From Candidatus Thermosaccharophagus tengchongensis (GTDB lineage Bacteria > Armatimonadota > Fervidibacteria > Fervidibacterales > Thermosaccharophagaceae): DNA of 27,123 nucleotides. The DNA lies in NCBI GenBank assembly GCA_032161105.1, contig JAVHTD010000030.1. One strand, given 5' to 3'. Positions 9,477 through 19,248 of the stretch are shown piece by piece. A program made the position numbers and the translations under genes. The first letter of the stretch is position 1, and each line of letters starts with the position of its first letter. The notes under the pieces are model-generated. The model ran no database searches, was not told the DNA's origin, and was given only the letters and a program-made list of their open reading frames with translations.

Positions 9477-12248
9477 GTGAGGGGATTAATAGTGTCGCTC
9501 GGAATTATTGCACCCGCATCACTTTGCGCCTCAGCGGTGCTTGGCGAGCCGTTCGTTGCTGAGCGCAACGGCAATGTCTTCATCTGGCAAGAAGCGGAGT
9601 TGTTTAACGACAAGGGTGGTTGGACTGTGGACACGCAGTTCATCATGCATGTCGGCTCTGCATACTTGCTCTCTGTTGGGCTCGGCAAGCCTGTGGCTGA
9701 CGCAAAGACGACGGTTAAGATACCGAGGACTGGCTCATATCGCCTTTGGGTGCGTTGCAAGAATTGGGTGCCGGAGCATTCCCCAGGCAGGTTCGGTGTC
9801 ATCGTTGCTGGAAAACAATCCTCAACTGAGTTTGGCACTGTGCCAACGGATGAGTGGGTTTGGCAGGATGGCGGCATCTTTGAGCTTGAGCGTGGCGATG
9901 TGCAGATTATCATTCACGACTTGACCGGATGGTATAGCCGATGCGATGCCATATTGCTCACAACCGACTTGGCATTCAAGCCGCCGGATAAAACTGAGGA
10001 TGTGCGCAAGCTCAAAGCGGAGCTGTTTGGTGAGCCTGCACCGAAGGAATTGGGCGAGTTTGATGTCGTCGTGATTGGTGGCGGCGTTGGTGGCAGCTGT
10101 GCGGCAATTGCGGCTGCGAGGCTCGGCTGCAAAGTTGCGCTCATACAGGACAGACCAGTCCTTGGAGGAAATGCGAGCTCGGAAATACGAGTTGGGATTG
10201 AGGGCGCAACCGGCGGTGGGCATCGTTATGCGCGTGAGTCCGGCATCGTTGAGGAAATAAGGGAGGCTTCGCTTCAGCATGGGAGCGTTGATGCTGGGAT
10301 ACTCTCGCTGATGAAGCGTGAGCCCAACTTGACACTCTTCCTCGGCATGCGCGCTGTTGAGGCGATCATGGAGAGCAAGAGCAGGATTGCAGCGGCTAAG
10401 TGCGTTGATGTCGTGACGATGCAGCCATTCATCGTCAAAGGAAAGTTGTTCATTGACTGCAGCGGTGATGGTGACTTTGCGGCAAGTGCCGGCGCTGAAT
10501 TCCGCATGGGCAGGGAGGGTAGAGACGAATACGGTGAGAGCATGGCTCCGGAAAAGCCAGACAAGCTAACGCTCGGCAGCTCACTGCTTTATGCTGCGAG
10601 GGATGTCGGAAAGCCGGTTGAGTTTGTTGCGCCACCTTGGGCTTACAAGTTCCCGAATGAAGCCTCATTGGCGCATCGCAACCATGACAACTTTTGGTCG
10701 GGTCACTGGTGGATTGAATACGGCGGAACATTGGACACGATACGGGATGCCGAAAAAATACGCGACGAGCTTCTGCGTATACTGTTCGGCGTTTGGGATC
10801 ACATCAAAAACCACTGCGTCCACAGCCAAAGGGCAAGGAACTACGACTTGGTTTGGGTTGGGCATGTTGCCGGAAAGCGTGAATCAAGGCGCTTCATCGG
10901 CGACTATGTGCTCAAGCAGAGCGACCTTGAAAATGCGGTGCTGTTTGAAGATAGAGTCGCATACGGCGGTTGGACGATAGACCTTCATCCGCCACTCGGC
11001 ATCTTTGACAGGGGCACGCCATCAATACACAAGCAAGTGCCACTTTACAGCATTCCATTTCGCTGCCTTTACTCACGCAACATTGAAAACCTGATGTTTG
11101 CCGGAAGGCATATAAGCGCATCACATGTGGCATTTGGCTCAACAAGGGTAATGGCGACAATCGGCACTATGGGGCAAGCTGTCGGAACTGCTGCATACCT
11201 GTGCTTGAAGCACAATGCTGCGCCGAGGGAAATAGGGCAGCGCCACATAAAGGAGTTGCAACAGTTGCTCCTCAAGCACGATGCATACATCATCGGTGTG
11301 CGCAACGAAGACCCGAATGACTTGGCATTAAAGGCGAGAGCAAATGCATCAAGCCACTTGCGCTTTGAGACATTTGATGGCAGGCGAGTTAAAAGTGCCG
11401 GGTTGCATCGCCTTGACCATGCGCGCGCACAGCAATTTATCGTCAGTGGTGCAAGGCTTGAGGCGGTGTATGTTTGGTTGCGCAATGAGCTTGATAAGCC
11501 GGTTGAGGTCGTTGCGCGATTGCGTGAGGCAAAGGAGTTTGGTGACTTCACATCACAGGTTGATTTGGCAACCGCTAAGGCGACAGTCCCGGAGAAGGGC
11601 GATCATTGGGTGAGATTTGATTTTGGCGTTGATGTAAAGCCGCAGGGGCATTACTGGATTTGGCTTCCGCCAGCCGAGGGGCTGAGTTGGCATTTGGCTG
11701 ACAAAGTGCCACCAGTGGGTTGGTGTCGCGCCTATAAGTCAAAGGGCAACGGCGAAGTTTGGAACAGGATGCCGGGCAACTACGCGATTGACATTGTGCC
11801 GCAAGTCAGCATTGACTGGGGTGACTTGTTCCATCCGATGAGCGCAATCAACGGGTATGCGCGCCCGACGGAGGTTGTGAAGGGACAGTGGCAACCGAAT
11901 CAGTGGCGCTCTGACCCAACGCAACCTATGCCGCAATGGCTTGAACTTGACTTCGGGAAGCCGGTGACATTCAACACCGTCCACATCACCTTTGACACAG
12001 ACTTGGATGAAAGACACAGGAGGAGCTTGCGCGTGCCAGAGTGCGTCCGTGATTATGAGTTGCAGTGGTTTGATGATGTCGGAAATCAGTGGCGAACAAT
12101 CCTCAGGGTGATGGACAACCACAGCCGAAAGAGGGTGCATAAATTTGAGCCGGTGACATCAACAAAGCTCCGCATACTCGTGCATGCCACAAATGGGGAC
12201 AAATCGGCGAGGATTTATGAGGTGCGAGTTTACAATGAGCAGAATTGA
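9477..12248 (+). CDS. Secreted FAD-dependent oxidoreductase (FAD_oxidored family) with N-terminal beta-sandwich and C-terminal F5/8-type-C (discoidin-like) modules
   Basis: Signal peptide; VIGGGVGG Rossmann motif, LGGNASSE, FIDCSGDG, KRESRRFIGDY, GWTIDLH, YSIPFRCLYS, FAGRHIS, STRVM; C-terminal QWLELDFGKPVTFN...ARIYEVRVY. Confidence 0.88.
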   Translation: MRGLIVSLGIIAPASLCASAVLGEPFVAERNGNVFIWQEAELFNDKGGWTVDTQFIMHVGSAYLLSVGLGKPVADAKTTVKIPRTGSYRLWVRCKNWVPEHSPGRFGVIVAGKQSSTEFGTVPTDEWVWQDGGIFELERGDVQIIIHDLTGWYSRCDAILLTTDLAFKPPDKTEDVRKLKAELFGEPAPKELGEFDVVVIGGGVGGSCAAIAAARLGCKVALIQDRPVLGGNASSEIRVGIEGATGGGHRYARESGIVEEIREASLQHGSVDAGILSLMKREPNLTLFLGMRAVEAIMESKSRIAAAKCVDVVTMQPFIVKGKLFIDCSGDGDFAASAGAEFRMGREGRDEYGESMAPEKPDKLTLGSSLLYAARDVGKPVEFVAPPWAYKFPNEASLAHRNHDNFWSGHWWIEYGGTLDTIRDAEKIRDELLRILFGVWDHIKNHCVHSQRARNYDLVWVGHVAGKRESRRFIGDYVLKQSDLENAVLFEDRVAYGGWTIDLHPPLGIFDRGTPSIHKQVPLYSIPFRCLYSRNIENLMFAGRHISASHVAFGSTRVMATIGTMGQAVGTAAYLCLKHNAAPREIGQRHIKELQQLLLKHDAYIIGVRNEDPNDLALKARANASSHLRFETFDGRRVKSAGLHRLDHARAQQFIVSGARLEAVYVWLRNELDKPVEVVARLREAKEFGDFTSQVDLATAKATVPEKGDHWVRFDFGVDVKPQGHYWIWLPPAEGLSWHLADKVPPVGWCRAYKSKGNGEVWNRMPGNYAIDIVPQVSIDWGDLFHPMSAINGYARPTEVVKGQWQPNQWRSDPTQPMPQWLELDFGKPVTFNTVHITFDTDLDERHRRSLRVPECVRDYELQWFDDVGNQWRTILRVMDNHSRKRVHKFEPVTSTKLRILVHATNGDKSARIYEVRVYNEQN

Positions 12249-12562
12249 CCCATGAGCGCCCGGCAAATCCAACCTGGATGTGCACGAGATGGTTGGAAGG
12301 TGTGGGTGGCTCGCCGAATTTGACAACCAGCACTTGATGACAGAGCGCACAACAGATTGCAACTGCATTGCAGTGGGAGTGAGAGCATTTGATCCAAACC
12401 GCTATAACAGCTTGGATGCCCGTTGCAATTGCATCAGCGCGCGGCTGAGGGGGAGGGGAGGCTTTACCTCACTGCTTCTTATCCCGCTGCGGTTGCGCCG
12501 TGAGGCTTGATGGGCGCTGTGCTTGTTTGTATAGCAAAGTTGGTGCGAAAGGGGCGAGTGCT

Positions 12563-14890
12563 ATGTGGGATGGTGAGCTGACCGAGGTTGTGAAGTTGAA
12601 GGCTTTTGAGCTCGGCGCTGATTTAGTCGGGATAGCATCAACTGAGCGATATGAACATGCTCCGGAAATGATGCGTCCTCAGGCGCTTTTGCCGACGGCG
12701 AAGGCGGTGATTGTCGTTGCAATTCATCACCCGGATGCGTGCGTTGAGCTTGGTGGTGAGCCGACACCACACGACATCGGACCTTACAACATCCAAGGCG
12801 TAATGAACAGCCGTCTTGATCACATCTCATTTGAGCTTGGTCGGTTCATTGAAGGTTTAGGACACGATGCGCTGCCATTAGCCTCAACGAACATATGGCG
12901 GTATCGCCGATACAAATCAAACGAGACCGAGTTTGCTCCCGACCTGTCAAACATACACGCTGCAGTTGCAGCCGGCTTGGGCGAGTTCGGTAAAAGCGGC
13001 TTGTTACTCACGCCAGAATTTGGACCGCGACAAAGGTTATGCTGTGTCATCACCAGTGCGCCGTTGAAGCCAGACGAACTTTACTCGGGTCAGAGGCTGT
13101 GCGATGACTGCAACCTTTGTGTCAGGGCATGTCCGATGGATGTTTTCACAAAGGAGTGTGGCGAGGCTGTCGTGCGCATTGGCGAAAGGGAGTTCAAATA
13201 CATCGCCAAGAACAAATGGCGTTGCGCGTGGTGTGAGCACTTCGGATTGAGCATTGACCTGCCGAAGCCGGAGAGGATTGATGAGGGCGTGATTCTGAGG
13301 ATGCTTGATGAGCATGGTGTTCGTGGTGGCGCAATGGGCTACTGCCTGCGTTTCTGCATGCCACCACACCTTCGCCACATGGATAAAGCCTTCACACGCG
13401 TTTGGCGCAGGAAGCGAATGGGCATCGGCGAGCGCCATAACGCATCGGTGAGGAATTTGAACCTGCTCATGGAGCTCAAGTCATTGTCATTCAAGTCTGG
13501 TGCGCAACTGCTTGCCGTAGCCGATGCTCAAGCGTGCGCGCAGAATGGCATCAACTTGAATGAACATCTTCCCGGGGCACAATCGCTCCTGCTGTTTTCA
13601 ATGCGCTACCCAAAAGCCTGCGTGACAGACGACGGCAAATTGGACGTGCCGGCTTCAATGGCGCTCTCAATTCGTTCAGGTTGGCTTGAACTTGACTTGG
13701 CGCGCTTGCTTGAGAGGCGCGGTTACTCGGCATTGCCATGTAGCGGGGTTGATGTTGAGCGGGCTGGAGATGCGGTTGGTTTGGTGGGACAAGTTGGTGA
13801 TATGGGTGGTGCAATGAGGCAAGCCAGTCGGTGCATACTGACGGATGCGCCATTGCCGAGTGGCTGTTGGATGAGCGCTGTTGACGGGCTTTGGAGGGTA
13901 AGCAGCGGTGATTTGACCGAGGCGCTCGTCGCTTTCGCTAAGGAGCGCGGTGCGGATTTAATTGGGATCGCCGACGCTAAGGATGTTAATGAGCTGGCGA
14001 GGCAACTGAGGCAAGTCATTGATGAGAGGATGCTCGGTGAATATGTGGTTGATGTTGGCAGGATGCACGGTGAGGTTGTCCCAAGGATTGTGCGCACAGA
14101 CGCGAAGGTGAAGGGTGCAAGTGATTGGCTCAATGACGCTTCATCCGTCATCGTGCTCGGCGTGCATTATCCGAGCGCCAATCTGCGCTATGCTGCAATG
14201 CCTCCGGCTGAGGCTGTTGGTCCGTATGGATTTGTGAGCTACCAATCCGTTTACGAGCTGCACTTGCTTGCGCTTGATGTTGCGCTTTGGCTTGAGGCGA
14301 ATGGCTTTGATGCGAAGATTGCCCCAGACATATTTGGCATTGGCATACCGACGGCGAGCCCAAGGGGTTTCCTGCCGGATGCGACATCAAATGCGCTTCT
14401 TGGGGCGCTCTCCGGGGTTGGGTGGCTCGGTTGGCATGGCGCTCTCATCACAAGGCGATATGGGGTGGCGCAGAGGTTGATCTGCGTGGTCACAAATGCG
14501 CCGCTCAAATCATCACCGCAGTTGAGCGAGCCATCGCCGTGTGATGATTGCACAAAGCCGTGCGTTGATGCCTGTCCAGCTGGTGCGCTCCTGAAGGAGG
14601 CAACAGAGATTGCGCTTCAAAGGACAGGCTCAGCGGCACAAGTTGTGTGGCATGTTGGGAAGCTCCTCAGGCGAAGATGCGAGTGCGCAAAGCGCTATGG
14701 GCTCGTCGGTGAGGAAGGACCATCATTCATGGGCGATATGACGGATGTTGAGTTGCCCGATGGTGAGCCAACGATTGAGGAGATTGCCGAGTTGGTGAAG
14801 CATCGCGACCCAATACAGAAGCATTGGATTTGCATCATTGAGCGCTGCCTTCAAGCATGCCAATTAAGCGGTGCGTGGAGTGAAAGTTAA
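12563..14890 (+). CDS. Multi-repeat QueG/reductive-dehalogenase-like Fe-S (possibly cobalamin) protein
   Basis: GADLVGIA, AAVAAGLGEFG...FGPRQR, CDDCNLCVRACP; C-terminal copy GADLIGIA, GVGWLGWHG...YGVAQR, CDDCTKPCVDACP; AAGGGG RBS before ATG 12563. Confidence 0.78.
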   Translation: MWDGELTEVVKLKAFELGADLVGIASTERYEHAPEMMRPQALLPTAKAVIVVAIHHPDACVELGGEPTPHDIGPYNIQGVMNSRLDHISFELGRFIEGLGHDALPLASTNIWRYRRYKSNETEFAPDLSNIHAAVAAGLGEFGKSGLLLTPEFGPRQRLCCVITSAPLKPDELYSGQRLCDDCNLCVRACPMDVFTKECGEAVVRIGEREFKYIAKNKWRCAWCEHFGLSIDLPKPERIDEGVILRMLDEHGVRGGAMGYCLRFCMPPHLRHMDKAFTRVWRRKRMGIGERHNASVRNLNLLMELKSLSFKSGAQLLAVADAQACAQNGINLNEHLPGAQSLLLFSMRYPKACVTDDGKLDVPASMALSIRSGWLELDLARLLERRGYSALPCSGVDVERAGDAVGLVGQVGDMGGAMRQASRCILTDAPLPSGCWMSAVDGLWRVSSGDLTEALVAFAKERGADLIGIADAKDVNELARQLRQVIDERMLGEYVVDVGRMHGEVVPRIVRTDAKVKGASDWLNDASSVIVLGVHYPSANLRYAAMPPAEAVGPYGFVSYQSVYELHLLALDVALWLEANGFDAKIAPDIFGIGIPTASPRGFLPDATSNALLGALSGVGWLGWHGALITRRYGVAQRLICVVTNAPLKSSPQLSEPSPCDDCTKPCVDACPAGALLKEATEIALQRTGSAAQVVWHVGKLLRRRCECAKRYGLVGEEGPSFMGDMTDVELPDGEPTIEEIAELVKHRDPIQKHWICIIERCLQACQLSGAWSES

Positions 14891-14899
14891 GGTTTGGTG

Positions 14900-15730
14900 A
14901 TGAGCATGAGCTTTGCTCAATCGCTGTTTGATATTTCTGGCAGGGTTGCGGTTGTGACTGGTGGTGCAGGTGTGCTATGTAGCGAGATGTGCATTGCGCT
15001 TGCAAGGTGCGGCGCATGTGTGGCAGTGATTGACATTTCGGATGATGCCGCCAATGAGCTTGTTAGGCGAATTCATGCCGATGGCATGAAGGCAATAGCC
15101 GTGCATGCGGATGTCACTTGTAAAGATGAGCTTGAACGAGCCCGTGAACGCATACTTGACGAGTTTGGGCGAGTTGACATCCTCGTCAACGGTGCAGGTG
15201 GGAATGTGCCGCAAGCCACAGCCACTGATGAGATATCGTTTTTTGACCTGCCAGAGGAGGCGCTTCGCGCCGTCGTTGACTTGAACTTTTTTGGCACGCT
15301 GCTTTCTTGCCAGGTCTTTGGGCGAACATTCGCAGAGCAAGGCGAGGGCGTTGTAGTCAACATCTCATCGGTGAACGCCATCAGACCGCTAACGAGGGTA
15401 TCGGCGTATGCGGCTGCGAAGGCTGCTGTTGTCAATTTCACAAAGTGGCTTGCAGTGCACATGGCTCAAAACTATTCGCCAAGAATTCGTGTGAACACGA
15501 TTGCGCCCGGCTTCTTTATCACGAGGCAAAATCGCTACTTGCTCATTGATGAATCCGGAAGGTTGACCGAGCGTGCAAAGACAATTCTCGCACACACACC
15601 GTTGGGGCGATTTGGTGAGCCGAGGGATTTGATTGGCGCTCTCATTTGGCTCTGCTCTGATGCGTCATCGTTTGTCACCGGCGCGGTCGTTGTGGTGGAC
15701 GGTGGATTTACCGCCTTTAGCGGTGTGTGA
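14900..15730 (+). CDS. SDR oxidoreductase, D-mannonate oxidoreductase (UxuB-type SDR)-like
   Basis: TGGAGVLC, NGAGGNVPQAT...SFFDL, YAAAK, IAPGFF..QNRYLL, VDGGFTAFSGV terminus typical of this SDR clade. Confidence 0.85.
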   Translation: MSMSFAQSLFDISGRVAVVTGGAGVLCSEMCIALARCGACVAVIDISDDAANELVRRIHADGMKAIAVHADVTCKDELERARERILDEFGRVDILVNGAGGNVPQATATDEISFFDLPEEALRAVVDLNFFGTLLSCQVFGRTFAEQGEGVVVNISSVNAIRPLTRVSAYAAAKAAVVNFTKWLAVHMAQNYSPRIRVNTIAPGFFITRQNRYLLIDESGRLTERAKTILAHTPLGRFGEPRDLIGALIWLCSDASSFVTGAVVVVDGGFTAFSGV

Positions 15731-15797
15731 AGCCGTTGGCAAGTATGTGGGCATTTCTGCGGTTGTGTGTGGCGTGTCAAAATTGGGGTGGCTTGAA

Positions 15798-16838
15798 ATG
15801 AGTTACGAAATCGGCATGAAAGCACTCAGGCTTGAATTTGCCGAGAGGGTTGCCCACACGGAGTATTGCTCCAACTATGCCCTCGTCCGCAAGGTGACCG
15901 GGCTTGACCCCACAAAGGATGAAAACGCGTGGCGGGCATTTTACGATGCATGGCAATATGACTTGATTTGGCTCACTAATGACGGTCCAGTTGGCTGGGA
16001 AAAGCGCGGCAGGGTCACCGACATGGGGCATGCGGAATTCCTTGAAGGTGGCATTGACAAGCGCGAGACTGTCCATTGTCCATTTAAGGATGTTGAGGAA
16101 GTGCTCTCTTTTGACGCCGTCAAAGAGTATGGATTGCCAGATTTTGACGGGCTTGTGAGGTATTACGAAAACTGGCATGCGCAAACTCAAGCGGCTTACC
16201 CAAATCAAGTTTGTCCCGGCGGGTATTACAAGACGATCGTTTCCGGAGCAATTCAAGCCTTCGGATGGGAAATGCTCCTGCTTGCAGCTGCTGACAGGGA
16301 GAGGTTTGACAGCGTCCTTGAAAGCTTCTTTCAACTTTCACTGCACCATTACCGTGCGTGGGCAAAGACATCCATAAAGGTCTTCATCTGTCACGATGAC
16401 ATGGTTTGGACGCAGGGTCCATTCATGCATCCCGATTTTTACCGCAGGTCAATCTTCCCAAGATACAGGAAGCTTTGGGAAGTTTTGCACGAATCCGGCA
16501 TAATTGTGCTATTTTGCTCCGATGGCGATTGGACGATGTTCGTTGATGACATTGCTGAAGCGGGTGCTGACGGCTTTATCTTTGAGCCGTTGATACCGCT
16601 TGAGTATGTTGTTGAGCGTTATGGGAAAACGCATATTATCGTCGGGAGTAAGGTTGACTGTCGCACATTGACATTTGGCACAGCCGAGGACATCAAGCGA
16701 GAAATTGACGAAACATTAAAGATTGCCAAAAATTGCCCCGGCTTCGTTTTCGCGGTCGGAAATCACATCCCAAGCAATGTCCCCGTTGAAAATGCCGAGT
16801 TTTATTTTGATTACCTCGCTCGCAATTGGTGGAGATAA
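15798..16838 (+). CDS. Uroporphyrinogen decarboxylase / MtaA-CmuA superfamily protein
   Basis: ICHDDMVW..GPFMHPDFYR..IFPRY, LFCSDG, GADGFIFEP, LTFGTAEDIKRE, GFVFAVGNHIPSNVPVEN; GGGGTG RBS before ATG 15798. Confidence 0.85.
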   Translation: MSYEIGMKALRLEFAERVAHTEYCSNYALVRKVTGLDPTKDENAWRAFYDAWQYDLIWLTNDGPVGWEKRGRVTDMGHAEFLEGGIDKRETVHCPFKDVEEVLSFDAVKEYGLPDFDGLVRYYENWHAQTQAAYPNQVCPGGYYKTIVSGAIQAFGWEMLLLAAADRERFDSVLESFFQLSLHHYRAWAKTSIKVFICHDDMVWTQGPFMHPDFYRRSIFPRYRKLWEVLHESGIIVLFCSDGDWTMFVDDIAEAGADGFIFEPLIPLEYVVERYGKTHIIVGSKVDCRTLTFGTAEDIKREIDETLKIAKNCPGFVFAVGNHIPSNVPVENAEFYFDYLARNWWR

Positions 16839-16870
16839 TCGCTTGGCTTTGTGGGAATTCCATCAGCCGA

Positions 16871-16887
16871 TGGCTTGTGGCAAGCCA
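16871..16887. terminator. Hairpin in convergent intergenic region (possible terminator)
   Basis: TGGCTTG-TGG-CAAGCCA, 7-bp stem between convergent genes; no clear U-tract. Confidence 0.3.
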
Positions 16888-16985
16888 CGAAACGAATTGA
16901 AGTGGCGCTGTTTTACAGTGATTTTGAGCTTTTCCGGGTGGCGAATTTCCCCAATTTTGTGGCCGGTTAGATCCATAAAACGCAG

Positions 16986-17861
16986 TTAAAGTCCAGCCTC
17001 TTCAATGACTGCTGGGACATACTTGTCCCAACCAAGCGGCATTATGTGAACTCCCTGGCACATATCCTTCATTTGCCTGATGAGCCTTCCGGCAATTTCA
17101 ACGCTCTTTTTCGGTCTATCTTCCCTTGAGACCGATGCGAGTTCGTTTATCAATTCATCCGGCACAGTGACCCCAGCGACATTCTCGTTCATGTAGCGAG
17201 CCATAGCTGGCGATTTCAGGAGCACTATCCCGAGCATTATTGGCACGCCAAACTTGCCCGCTTTCTCCATAAAGCGCTCAAAAACTTTTACATCATAGAC
17301 TGCCTGAGTCTGGAAAAATTGCGCGCCAGCTTCAATCTTTTTCTCCATCTTTATGAGCTGCAATTCAATGGGCTCGTATCCCGGGCTGACTACAGCTCCG
17401 AGGAAGAAATTCGGCTTTCCATCAAGTTCGTTACCCATCATATCACGCCCTTCTGTCAGCCCCTTTGCCACTTTAAGCAGTTGCACAGAATCCAAGTCAA
17501 ACACTGGCTTTGCTTGCGGGTGATCACCAAGCGTTACATGGTCGCCAGTCAGGCATAGCACATTTTCAATTCCGAGAACAGCTGCGCTCAATAAGTCGGA
17601 TTGTAGGGCGATTCTGTTCCTATCTCGGCATGTCACTTGGAGAATTGGCTCAAGACCGCGCTGCTTAAGCAGGTAGCATGTGACGAGGGAGCCAAGCCGC
17701 ATCACGGAACTTTGCTGGTCTGTGACATTGAATGCATCCACGCAGTCACGCAACTCTTCAGCCTCTTTCAAGACCGGCTCAATGTTTGTTCCCTTTGGCG
17801 GACCAACTTCGGAAGTGATGACGAACTCGCCCCTTGCGAATTTTTCCGAAATTTTGCTCAT
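16986..17861 (-). CDS. metF: Methylenetetrahydrofolate reductase MetF (MetFV type)
   Basis: EVGPPKG, NVTD, QVTCRDRNRIALQSDLL, LCLTGDH, VFDLDS, KKIEAGAQFFQTQAVYD, GVHIM. Confidence 0.96.
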   Translation of the reverse strand: MSKISEKFARGEFVITSEVGPPKGTNIEPVLKEAEELRDCVDAFNVTDQQSSVMRLGSLVTCYLLKQRGLEPILQVTCRDRNRIALQSDLLSAAVLGIENVLCLTGDHVTLGDHPQAKPVFDLDSVQLLKVAKGLTEGRDMMGNELDGKPNFFLGAVVSPGYEPIELQLIKMEKKIEAGAQFFQTQAVYDVKVFERFMEKAGKFGVPIMLGIVLLKSPAMARYMNENVAGVTVPDELINELASVSREDRPKKSVEIAGRLIRQMKDMCQGVHIMPLGWDKYVPAVIEEAGL

Positions 17862-17931
17862 ATTCTCCGCCCTCCCTTCACTGAGCAGTGCAGTTTGGTG
17901 AATATCTCACTCCGCTTCAGATTGCCATTGG

Positions 17932-18609
17932 CTATATGCCCTTTTTCTCAAGTGCCCAAAGGCGAGAATTGCGCAATTCGGCACTCGGCATATACTTTTG
18001 AAAGTCCTTTGGCGGGACATAGCGCTTCAATATATCAAGTCTGCCAATGCGCTTTAGACGCTCGTAGATGAGATACCACCCGCAGTCAAGCTGTGGGTCT
18101 ACCTCACATTTGCCGTTGTTAGTTCCACCGCATGCCCCGTTTAACAGCGACTTTGCGCACAATGTTACTGGACAAAGCCCGCCGGTCAGATAAAGCAAGC
18201 AATCGCCGCATTGATTGCACCTTTCAGTTGATTGCCAAACTCCCGGAGCACCCCTCATTGGCAGCGTGTTGAAGGCTGGATATGCTGGCTTATCTACGGT
18301 GTTGGCAATGGCTTGCACGCCCACGCCGCAGGATAGCACAAGTATGCAGGTGGCTTCATCAATTTCGCTTATGTGCCGTGCAAGGTGTAAGCCAGACAAT
18401 GCCTTGTTGCACAGGAATTCAATTGCCACAAGCCCTGTCACCCTTTTCCCGGCGTCTTCAATTCTTGCCTTCATTTCCAGCGCCTTTGGCTCTCCGCCAA
18501 CTTCAGCCCCAACTGGGCAACCGTTACATGCGACGATGAACACACCAGCCTCACCGTCAAGGAATGAAAGCACCTCTTCAATCGGCTTTGGCTCAACAAT
18601 TAGCATCAC
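17932..18609 (-). CDS. metV: MetV, Cys-rich Fe-S/flavin partner subunit of MetF
   Basis: CNGC, LCN, SCGVGVQ, CNQCGDCLL..TGGLCPVTLCAKSLLNGACGG...KCEV....DCGW; directly upstream of metF; start GTG 18609 or ATG 18606. Confidence 0.93.
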   Translation of the reverse strand: MMLIVEPKPIEEVLSFLDGEAGVFIVACNGCPVGAEVGGEPKALEMKARIEDAGKRVTGLVAIEFLCNKALSGLHLARHISEIDEATCILVLSCGVGVQAIANTVDKPAYPAFNTLPMRGAPGVWQSTERCNQCGDCLLYLTGGLCPVTLCAKSLLNGACGGTNNGKCEVDPQLDCGWYLIYERLKRIGRLDILKRYVPPKDFQKYMPSAELRNSRLWALEKKGI

Positions 18610-18692
18610 TTACACCCCCGCATGCAGTGCCATTTAGCTTTATCACCCACATTCGCAGTGTTTTGTAGGTTCCGACCATGGTCAGCATACTT

Positions 18693-18745
18693 GTAGGGGC
18701 GGGTGAAACCCGCCAGTTTTTCGGGCGCATTTCATGCGTCCCTAC
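18693..18745. repeat. GTAG-type REP doublet in inverted orientation (REPIN-like)
   Basis: Forward GTAG-GGGCGGG-TGAAA-CCCGCC (18693-18714); reverse-strand GTAG-GGACGCA-TGAAA-TGCGCCC (18745-18723). Confidence 0.75.
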
Positions 18746-18759
18746 TTTTTGCGCAACTC

Positions 18760-19248
18760 CTATACATCGGTGGATAACTTCAAACATGCCTCCTTGACTG
18801 CCGCAACATACTCGCCCATACGCTCGCTTAGAGCCGGCGAAATTTCGCACGATGGCTTGATTGACCCAGCTTGAATTCCGATTAGCAGCACCTTTTCTGG
18901 GCATTTTCCGAGCAATTGCGCTGCGTGCAATGTTTGCCAAATGTCAAACTCATGCAGTGACAATGGTGCTGCACGATTCATCATCGCTTCCTTGGCAGCC
19001 ATATGCGAGATGTTGAGCGACACTTCCACCATCTCTCCCGGCTGCAAATCGGCGTCAATTGCATCAACAATAATGAGCGCCTTGGCGTCCACAATCAACG
19101 GCAGTAGGGAAATTCCGAGTGTGCCTCCATCAATGACCTCCACTTCGTCCGGCAACTTTTCCCGAAAGAGCTCATTAACGACATGCACGCCAATTCCGTC
19201 ATCCCCCATGAGAACATTTCCGATGCCAAGCACCAATACCTTAGGCAA
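18760..19248 (-). CDS. Hydrogenase maturation endopeptidase (HyaD/HybD family)
   Basis: LGIGNVLMGDDGIG, IDGGT, IVDAID, SLHE; TTG start overlapping the large-subunit stop. Confidence 0.95.
   Translation of the reverse strand: MPKVLVLGIGNVLMGDDGIGVHVVNELFREKLPDEVEVIDGGTLGISLLPLIVDAKALIIVDAIDADLQPGEMVEVSLNISHMAAKEAMMNRAAPLSLHEFDIWQTLHAAQLLGKCPEKVLLIGIQAGSIKPSCEISPALSERMGEYVAAVKEACLKLSTDV

Noticed and set aside
12249..12562. Cobalamin riboswitch upstream of the QueG-like gene
   Set aside because: The 314-bp gap has short hairpins but no recognisable B12-box or GGGAA...GCCACTG core
16943..16960. Partial similarity of GAATTTCCCCAATTTT to the CRISPR pseudo-spacer (26941-26960), suggesting self-targeting
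   Set aside because: Short, gapped, low-complexity match consistent with chance
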